47,790 bases of DNA from Opitutales bacterium (GTDB lineage Bacteria > Verrucomicrobiota > Verrucomicrobiia > Opitutales > JABSRG01): the NCBI GenBank assembly GCA_049599475.1, contig JBMYOQ010000025.1, forward strand, positions 1 to 47,790, written 5' to 3'. Made by a program: the position numbers and the translations under genes. The notes beneath the pieces were generated by a model that saw only the letters and a program-made list of their open reading frames with translations, was not told the origin of the DNA and made no database searches. Shown here piece by piece: positions 41,004-47,790 of the stretch; the first letter of the stretch is position 1, and every line of letters begins with the position of its first letter.

Positions 41004-42293
41004 TTATACCGATTGAATGGGCAATGAGAAGGAAAACTCTGCGCCCTGGCCCAGGGCACTCTCTACCGAGACGTGTCCTCCGTGGAGCTGAACGATGTGC
41101 TTCACGATACTAAGCCCTAAACCTGTTCCTCCCCTATCCCGGCTGCGGCCCTTATCCACCCGATAAAAGCGCTCAAACAAATGCGGAAGGTCATGGCCCG
41201 GAATACCGACGCCGTCGTCACTCACCGAGCAAATGATGACAGGGTGTTCGGGATCACGGCGCACTCGGATTTGAATGGTCGTGAAATCTCCCGCATAGCG
41301 GAAAGCATTTTCGACAAGATTCTCAAATACTTGGGAAATCTTTACCCCATCAATGGCCAATAGAGGGATGTCATCATCGACAGTGACTTCAATCGTCTTG
41401 GATTCTTCGGAAATTCGACGCTGGAAGGTTTCACGGATCTCCTCGGCAATTTCACCAATGTTCACTTTCGATCTCCTCAACTGTTCTGGATTACTCTCGA
41501 GCCTTGAAAGGGTCAGGAGGTCCTCGATCAACACACGCAAGCGCTCGACACTCTTCTGAATCTTATCGAGAAATCGACCCCGTGCCTCAGCGTCCAGTTG
41601 ATCGTGATCATCCACCAAGGTATCACTGTATCCCTTGATGACGGTGAGCGGCGTACGCAATTCGTGAGACACATTTGCGACAAACTCTTTTCGCATCTTC
41701 TCGAGCTGCCTCAAACGCGTAATGTCGTGAAGGACAAACAACGAAATCTGCTCTCCCTCACCCTCGCTGCTAATCACCGTGCCCGAGACTTCGAACCAAA
41801 ACTGGCTATTATCGCGAATCACCTCCACTTCTTGGCGCTCCAACTTTTGCCCAGCCTTCATCCGGTTCACATAATCCAAAAAGCTAGCACTGCGTAAGAC
41901 TCGCTCTACTCGCCGACCATTCACATTCGCGCCCCCAGCGAGAAGATTACGCGCCGCCTGATTCGCAAGAACGATATAATTCGAGGAATTTAAAATAAGC
42001 ACCGCCTCCTGAATATTGCCAAAGGTTGTTTCAATCTGAGTTAGGTGGTCCGATTGAGTCTTCTTTAGCTTCGAGTTCTCCTCTACCAACCTCAGGGCAG
42101 CATTAAATAATCGCTGGATTGATGGATTTACACGCTTCGACAACAGCACACTTCGCCGCGCATCCATCGCATCGCTCAAATCATCGATCGAGCGAATCAG
42201 ATTCATATACCGCAGCCACAGCACAAGCGTGACTACAGCAAGAACGATTACTATGAACGTAGACATGTAAGGCAACAGACCATTATCGATCAA
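41004..42293 (-). CDS. phoR: Sensor histidine kinase, PhoR-like
   Basis: TM + PAS; EFVANVSHELRTPLTVI, FERFYRVDKGRSR, GGTGLGLSIVKH; start may be 42266. Confidence 0.8.
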   Translation of the reverse strand: MIDNGLLPYMSTFIVIVLAVVTLVLWLRYMNLIRSIDDLSDAMDARRSVLLSKRVNPSIQRLFNAALRLVEENSKLKKTQSDHLTQIETTFGNIQEAVLILNSSNYIVLANQAARNLLAGGANVNGRRVERVLRSASFLDYVNRMKAGQKLERQEVEVIRDNSQFWFEVSGTVISSEGEGEQISLFVLHDITRLRQLEKMRKEFVANVSHELRTPLTVIKGYSDTLVDDHDQLDAEARGRFLDKIQKSVERLRVLIEDLLTLSRLESNPEQLRRSKVNIGEIAEEIRETFQRRISEESKTIEVTVDDDIPLLAIDGVKISQVFENLVENAFRYAGDFTTIQIRVRRDPEHPVIICSVSDDGVGIPGHDLPHLFERFYRVDKGRSRDRGGTGLGLSIVKHIVQLHGGHVSVESALGQGAEFSFSLPIQSV

Positions 42294-42987
42294 TTACCCG
42301 ATAGCCCACACCACGAACCGTCTCAATGATATTCACTTCTTCACCGAGTTTTTCGCGCAAGCGACGCACATGAGTATCCACAGTTCGCGTCTCAATGTCC
42401 GAATCATAATTCCATACATTGATAAGCAAATTCTCTCGAGTTTGAACACGACCACGACGCTCCATGAGAAGCTTCAAGAGTCTAAATTCTGTAGCCGTCA
42501 GCTCTACTTCTTCGCCATTTACAGTAAGCACATGCAGCTCTTCATCTATAACGACTGGACCTATCTGAATGCGCCCCGTGGGCTTTGTATCTGGATTATT
42601 GATACGCTTAAAAATAGACTGTATCCGAAGGCTAAGCTCTTTCACATTAAAAGGCTTACTAATATAATCATCAGCGCCTGTCTCCAGTCCTTTGATACGA
42701 TCTTCTGCATCCCCTCTCGCTGTAAGGAAAATTATCGGAGTATTCTTCAGCGTTGTATCAGCCCGAATCATACGGCAAACCTGCAGTCCATTCAACTCAG
42801 GCATCATGATATCCAAGATAAATAAATCCGGATGAAAATCGCGAGCCTTGCCCATAATCATCAAAGGGTCATTTAGGATTTCAACCGTGTAGCCATCTTG
42901 CTTCAGACGATATCCTATCAATTCAGTCACATCAGGTTCATCATCAATAACCAAGATGTGTTTTCCAGCGTAAGGGTTGGTAGCCAT
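42283..42987 (-). CDS. phoB: OmpR/PhoB-family response regulator
   Basis: DIMMP, GADDYISKPF, LTATEFRLL, RTVDTHVRRLREKL, ETVRGVGY; paired with PhoR-like kinase. Confidence 0.75.
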   Translation of the reverse strand: MATNPYAGKHILVIDDEPDVTELIGYRLKQDGYTVEILNDPLMIMGKARDFHPDLFILDIMMPELNGLQVCRMIRADTTLKNTPIIFLTARGDAEDRIKGLETGADDYISKPFNVKELSLRIQSIFKRINNPDTKPTGRIQIGPVVIDEELHVLTVNGEEVELTATEFRLLKLLMERRGRVQTRENLLINVWNYDSDIETRTVDTHVRRLREKLGEEVNIIETVRGVGYRVIDR

Positions 42988-43249
42988 GGGATCAATTCAA
43001 GTAAATCCTAGGTAAAGATCATATAAGAAGCTGTGGCAACTTGAAACATAAACCCCTCACAAAGAGTAGCTTATGCACTTAAGTCCCCTGATTATCAGCT
43101 TGTTACAAAATATACCCAGCCGCATACACAAGATTGCCATACCCTTTTCACAACATTGAAACAATTAAGCTGCAGCCTAACTCCTTCAATCTCAATTGAG
43201 TTCATAAGAAAGGCTACCGTAGATCATGGGGCCATGTCTCTTTAAGCGA

Positions 43250-45148
43250 TCAAGCCTTGCCTCTCCGCGCCTCGAGCATCACCAAAAGAATACTGATATC
43301 GGCCGGATTAATCCCACTAATCCGACTCGCCTGCCCTAAACTCTGAGGGCGAATCGACTCGAGCTTCTGAATACTCTCCGCTCGCATTCCTTTGATCGAT
43401 TTAAAATCAAAATCTGCCGGGATCTTGACATGTTCCACATTTTTGAGCTTCTCGATATTGCGGAGTTCACGTTCCAGATATCCTTGATACTTAACGCGAT
43501 ACAAAACTTCGTCGCGAACTCCTTGAGACAGACCCAAGAACTCCTGAGGCAAAGCATCGACAGGGTCATTTCGCCTCAAATGGTCTCCCCAAGTGCCGCC
43601 TTTGGCCTTCTCTGAATTCAATTTCTGCACCCAGAGCTCTACGGCTTGCTTCTTCTCTTTCATTCGCGCCAGCCTCTCATCAGGCACTAATCCACAGTGC
43701 TCAACATGATCTAACAATCGCAACTCGGCACTATGATGATTGAGCAATAGTCGATATTCTGCTCGAGAAGTAAACATGCGATAAGGCTCCTGAGTTCCTT
43801 TGGTCACCAGATCATCCACCAGCACACCAATATACGCTTCGTGTCGGCCCAGGATTACTGGAGATTCCCCGCGCGTGCGCAACACCGCATTGATCCCCGC
43901 AAGTAAGCCCTGTCCCCCAGCCTCTTCATAGCCGGAGGTCCCATTGATTTGCCCCGCAAAAAACAAATTCTCGACCTTTTTAGACTCTAGACTCGGGAAC
44001 AACTGGGTTGGCGGTGCAAAGTCATATTCCACCGCATAAGCCGGTCTCATCAAAGATACATTTTCCAAGCCCTCTACAGACCGCAACATATCCACTTGGA
44101 CCGAAAAAGGTAGAGATGTCGAAATACCATTAATATACCACTCGTCAGTGTGGCGACCTTCTGGCTCTAGAAACAACTGGTGCCGATCCTTGTCGGCAAA
44201 ACGCACCACTTTATCCTCTATACTCGGGCAATAGCGTGGACCTACCCCAACAATCTCTCCACCATACATCGCCGACAGGTGGAGATTATTCTGAATAATA
44301 CTCGCTGTCCGATCGTTGGTATAAGTGATCCAGCAAGACACTTGCTCAGTTCCCGGCTTCCAGCCTTGATACGATTGACCCGGACGTTCCACGTGGAACA
44401 TTTCCTCTTCACGTGTTCCACGGGTATCATGATAAGCAAAAAGCGTCGGCGATTCATCACCGTGTTGCTCTTCAAGTTTTGCGAAATCAATGGAGGAGCC
44501 CAGGATACGCGGCGGGGTCCCTGTCTTCAAGCGCTCAAGCTCTATTCCTGCCTCCTCAAAGCTGCTCGATAGCGTCTTCGCGTTGAAGTCACCCATGCGC
44601 CCGCCTTCATTCTTGTTCTTTCCAACATGCATTAGGGCTCGCAGGAAAGTCCCAGTAGTCACAACAACTGTCTTACTATAGAAGGATAGATCCAGATTCG
44701 TCTCAACCCCGATAACGCGACCCTTTTCAAAGATCAGGCCAGTGACCATCGCCTGAAAGAGGAAGAGCCCAGGCTGGAGCTCAATCGCATGTTTCATCCG
44801 GAATTGATAAGCCTTTTTATCACATTGAGCTCGTGGAGCCTGCACAGCGGGCCCCTTCGAGGCATTCAGCAAACGGAACTGAATCCCCGTCATATCCGTA
44901 TTGATGCCCATCTCTCCACCGAGCGCATCAATCTCCCGAACAATGTGTCCCTTGGCCTGACCGCCTATCGCTGGATTGCAGCTCATCTGAGCCACAGTAT
45001 CGATATTGCCACTCAACAAGAGCACGCGAGCTCCCATTCGCGCCGCAGCTAACGCGGATTCGCAGCCTGCGTGACCAGCCCCGCAAACGATGACGTCGTA
45101 TGGCTGGCTTTTATTATTATAGGAGAAAGTGTGCGCGGATGAATTCAT
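43250..45148 (-). CDS. mnmG: tRNA uridine-5-carboxymethylaminomethyl modification enzyme
   Basis: GAGHAGCE, MSCNPAIGG, KTGTPPR, GPRYCPSIEDK, GQINGTSGYEEA, EPYRMFTSRAEYRL. Confidence 0.98.
   Translation of the reverse strand: MNSSAHTFSYNNKSQPYDVIVCGAGHAGCESALAAARMGARVLLLSGNIDTVAQMSCNPAIGGQAKGHIVREIDALGGEMGINTDMTGIQFRLLNASKGPAVQAPRAQCDKKAYQFRMKHAIELQPGLFLFQAMVTGLIFEKGRVIGVETNLDLSFYSKTVVVTTGTFLRALMHVGKNKNEGGRMGDFNAKTLSSSFEEAGIELERLKTGTPPRILGSSIDFAKLEEQHGDESPTLFAYHDTRGTREEEMFHVERPGQSYQGWKPGTEQVSCWITYTNDRTASIIQNNLHLSAMYGGEIVGVGPRYCPSIEDKVVRFADKDRHQLFLEPEGRHTDEWYINGISTSLPFSVQVDMLRSVEGLENVSLMRPAYAVEYDFAPPTQLFPSLESKKVENLFFAGQINGTSGYEEAGGQGLLAGINAVLRTRGESPVILGRHEAYIGVLVDDLVTKGTQEPYRMFTSRAEYRLLLNHHSAELRLLDHVEHCGLVPDERLARMKEKKQAVELWVQKLNSEKAKGGTWGDHLRRNDPVDALPQEFLGLSQGVRDEVLYRVKYQGYLERELRNIEKLKNVEHVKIPADFDFKSIKGMRAESIQKLESIRPQSLGQASRISGINPADISILLVMLEARRGKA
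44385..44400. promoter_or_regulatory. parS site within mnmG
   Basis: cgttccacgtggaaca, 15/16 identical to the palindrome TGTTCCACGTGGAACA. Confidence 0.85.
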
Positions 45149-46500
45149 TTACCGATACAGAAGTGATTAAACAACTGATCCAGCATACGCTCGTTGTCGA
45201 TCTTGCCAACGATTTTACCCAAAGCCTCCATAGCCTCACGAATATCACTCACAGCAAGTTCAACAGGCGCATCATCCAGCAACTTTTGCTTCGCGGCATC
45301 CAAACAGTGAATAGATTCCCGAAGCGCGGCCTCGTGACGTGCACTCACAATCACGGACTCTGAACCATAGTCTGGCAATCGGGCCTCCAAATCAGCCAGC
45401 CACTTCGATTGAAACTCTGAAATGCCATCACCAGATTTTGCTGAGACAATGAAGCTCGGGTAGGGCAGTTCATCGGACTCCACAGGTTTCAAATATTCGC
45501 TATCCCCTTTATTGACAAGGACATACGTAAACGCATCGCCCATCTTCCGCTTCACCTCATCGGGGATCTGCAAAGACGGACTCTCCCCATCGACAACCCA
45601 TAGAATGCAATCCGCACGCTCAACTTGCTCGATAGTGCGTTCGATACCCATTTGCTCAATCTTGTCCTGGGCGCCGTCCCGAAGCCCCGCAGTATCCAAA
45701 ATCTGTATGCCAAAGGGACCCAGATTAAACTGCTCACGGATATAATCCCGAGTAGTTCCTGCCACTTCACTCACTAGAGCCCGATTCTCTCCAATAAAAG
45801 CATTGAGCAAACTGCTCTTACCAGCATTGGGAGCGCCTACAAACACAGTCTTAATCCCTTCCGTGAAGAGAGCGCGATACTTACTGGTATCCGCCAAGGC
45901 CTCAAGCTTATCACTCAAGCGTCCAAGCATCTGCAATGGCCCACTCGAATCTTCGTCCGGTAGATCTTCCTCGGGAAAGTCGATATAGGCTTCTAATTGC
46001 GCTAGAGCTAAGAGCAGGGAATCCGTGAGCTCACTGACAGTCCGCGAAACCAGACCCCCAACCTGACTCAGAGCTATCTTTCGAGCCGATTCACTCTGAG
46101 CATGAATAAGCTCAATCACCGCTTCCGCCTGACTGAGATCCATCTTGCCATTCCGAAAGGATCGCTGAGTAAACTCTCCCGGTTCAGCCGATCGGCACCC
46201 CCGCGCCAAACAATCGTCAATGATTCGACGCGTAACAAATGGACTTCCATGGCAAGAAATCTCCAAAAGGTCCTGCCCAGTATAGGAAGCTGGCCCCTTA
46301 AAATATGTGGCGACCACATCATCGACAGCTTCTCCGCCTAAATCACGATAGCTAGTATAGGTAGCTTTACGCGCCTGCAGAGTCTTGCAAAAAGCACTTT
46401 CAGCCAATTCAGACACTAAAGGACCCGACAAGCGAATGACCGCTAAAGCGGATTCACCGTAGGGGGTCGCCACAGCAACAATCGTGTCTTCAAAATCCAT
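45145..46500 (-). CDS. mnmE: tRNA modification GTPase
   Basis: DTIVAVATP, AEPGEFT, GAPNAGKSSL, GTTRD, DTAGLR, FCIGK. Confidence 0.98.
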   Translation of the reverse strand: MDFEDTIVAVATPYGESALAVIRLSGPLVSELAESAFCKTLQARKATYTSYRDLGGEAVDDVVATYFKGPASYTGQDLLEISCHGSPFVTRRIIDDCLARGCRSAEPGEFTQRSFRNGKMDLSQAEAVIELIHAQSESARKIALSQVGGLVSRTVSELTDSLLLALAQLEAYIDFPEEDLPDEDSSGPLQMLGRLSDKLEALADTSKYRALFTEGIKTVFVGAPNAGKSSLLNAFIGENRALVSEVAGTTRDYIREQFNLGPFGIQILDTAGLRDGAQDKIEQMGIERTIEQVERADCILWVVDGESPSLQIPDEVKRKMGDAFTYVLVNKGDSEYLKPVESDELPYPSFIVSAKSGDGISEFQSKWLADLEARLPDYGSESVIVSARHEAALRESIHCLDAAKQKLLDDAPVELAVSDIREAMEALGKIVGKIDNERMLDQLFNHFCIGK

Positions 46501-46560
46501 CCGCTACAGCATAATCGAAAGATCAAAGAGGCAAGGGCGATCTGTAGAACGCATTTCACA

Positions 46561-46576
46561 TGTTCCACGTGGAACA
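46561..46576. promoter_or_regulatory. parS site
   Basis: Perfect palindrome tgttccacgtggaaca upstream of mnmE. Confidence 0.9.
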
Positions 46577-46612
46577 AATCCGCGAAATCTTGAAATACTC
46601 AGACTTAGTGAA

Positions 46613-47060
46613 AATCACTGAGGGCACAGAGAATAGATCACAGATTTTGAGAGCTCGTCTCTAATAGTCATTCAGCAACGCCCGGCCGAATTAGATTGCC
46701 GCAGAGCGAATGACAATCACGAAGAATACGACCCTTTGAAGGTGATTCTGGGAACCAATTCCGCCGACACAGCATTACTCCGCAAAATTCATATCATTCC
46801 GTAAGCGGAAAAATGAATAGCAACTACCCATTTTCCCTCTACGCCTCAGCGTGAGATCAAATCTTGAGATAACGGCAACAAACATAAGACACCATCGAGA
46901 ATATCCTGTAAGATTTCAAATTTGAATTATTACCCACGTCGAGTCACTGAGGCCACTGAGCTACTAAATGACACCACCTCAGTGACCTATCATTGTGGCA
47001 GCAGTCGAACTCGCACGCAACTCGACACCTTCCTCAGTGATCTCCGTGTCCTCAGTGGTT
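46613..47060. repeat. Cluster of nested cactgag/ctcagtg-type periodic palindromes
   Basis: aatcactgagggcacagag (46613) vs ctcagtgatctccgtgtcctcagtggtt (47033-47060); inner perfect IR gtcactgagg/cctcagtgac (46943-46986). Confidence 0.6.
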
Positions 47061-47347
47061 CAATCCTGGCGAACCTTCGAGGCCTAACACGAGAGCATCT
47101 AAAAATGGCGTATTTTGATGTCCCCATATTACATCATTGGTTGGGCTCTATCGATTCGAAGTATGGGTGTGCTGCGAACATTGGGTAGGGTCTAGCCGGT
47201 AAGAATAATCAAAACTATAGCTCAAAATTATAAACACATTGATAACCAATTCCCACCCTAAAGGTGATCGAGAGCTCAGCGAATTATAAGTTAACCAACA
47301 AGAATGATTTATCATCCGAGTTGGCTAAAATCTCATCTCCTGAAAAA

Positions 47348-47464
47348 ATGCAAGACAATGACACACGGCGCGAAACACGCGTCGAAAAAATAATCATCAT
47401 CGTGGCCGCATCGCTTATAGCTTGGGCCATTATCCAGCTTCTCGAGCTGGCTCTCAATTCGTAA
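47348..47464 (+). CDS. Possible 38-aa single-pass membrane protein
   Basis: MQDNDTRRETRVEK followed by the hydrophobic run IIIIVAASLIAWAIIQLL. Confidence 0.3.
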   Translation: MQDNDTRRETRVEKIIIIVAASLIAWAIIQLLELALNS

Positions 47465-47739
47465 ACAACACCAACCCGGATTTGGTTGCCCGGCCCAGTA
47501 AGGTTTGCTGACATCTTATCATGTCACCGGCTGGCCGGGCATTCCAAAAGCCCTGCCAACACAAGGGTATAGTCCCTCAAGAGCAGGAGTTACCAGGCTT
47601 TTAATAGTAGAAGATAATTTTCAAAATCCATAGTCCATTTCCCCTGTTTTTAAGAAACAGGTCTAACGCGTTTATGGCCAGCGAGGGCGCGGGCCTCTAC
47701 CTGAGCATTGATCTCGCCCGTGCCCGAACTCTGCATGAT

Positions 47740-47790
47740 TGTCATTTTGCGGGTTAAAGTGCACCACTCGTTTGCGGGTCAAAGTGCACC
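47740..47790. mobile_element. Probable IS21-family terminus, truncated by window end
   Basis: Begins TGTCA; two 20-bp direct repeats tttgcgggt(t/c)aaagtgcacc at 47746 and 47771. Confidence 0.6.

Noticed and set aside
43431..43446. Additional parS candidate tgttccacat
   Set aside because: Only one half-site matches
46640..47030. GxxExxY nuclease ORF between the palindromic arms
   Set aside because: The frames I translated are short and lack the motif
46922..47188. 88-aa ORF with TTG start
   Set aside because: Runs through the palindromic repeats and has no recognisable features
46577..47739. oriC with a DnaA-box cluster
   Set aside because: No TTATCCACA-like cluster was found by eye; cannot be supported
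47746..47790. Possible CRISPR repeat pair
   Set aside because: Only 5 bp separate the 20-bp repeats and there are no cas genes; fits an IS terminus better

Overview
A mostly housekeeping bacterial chromosome segment. The gene content and intergenic repeat style suggest Verrucomicrobiota (Opitutia-like), which is an inference. It probably lies near the replication origin, since mnmE-mnmG and parS palindromes sit at the right end. Recognisable genes are amtB-glnK (with a sigma-54 promoter), a polyprenyl synthase, purD, parE without a neighbouring parC, sdhCAB, pdxA, trmB, a phoB/phoR-like pair, mnmG and mnmE. There is also a GldA/F/G-like ABC + DUF4340 + AsmA-like + sixA operon, several signalling proteins and a probable 6S RNA. 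The most unusual items are: (i) a two-gene module with a secreted low-complexity/Tyr-Trp-rich protein fused to a TAXI-type solute-binding domain plus a YjfK/DUF2491-like gene, preceded by an operator-like palindrome; (ii) a secreted alpha/beta-hydrolase fused to a SAM-hydrolase/halogenase C-terminal domain; (iii) a Fur paralogue that has lost its metal ligands; (iv) a parS site encoded within mnmG; and (v) 9-bp-periodic intergenic palindromes, a MITE-like element and an IS21-like terminus at the window edge. All family calls come from motif recognition by eye; no database searches were run.
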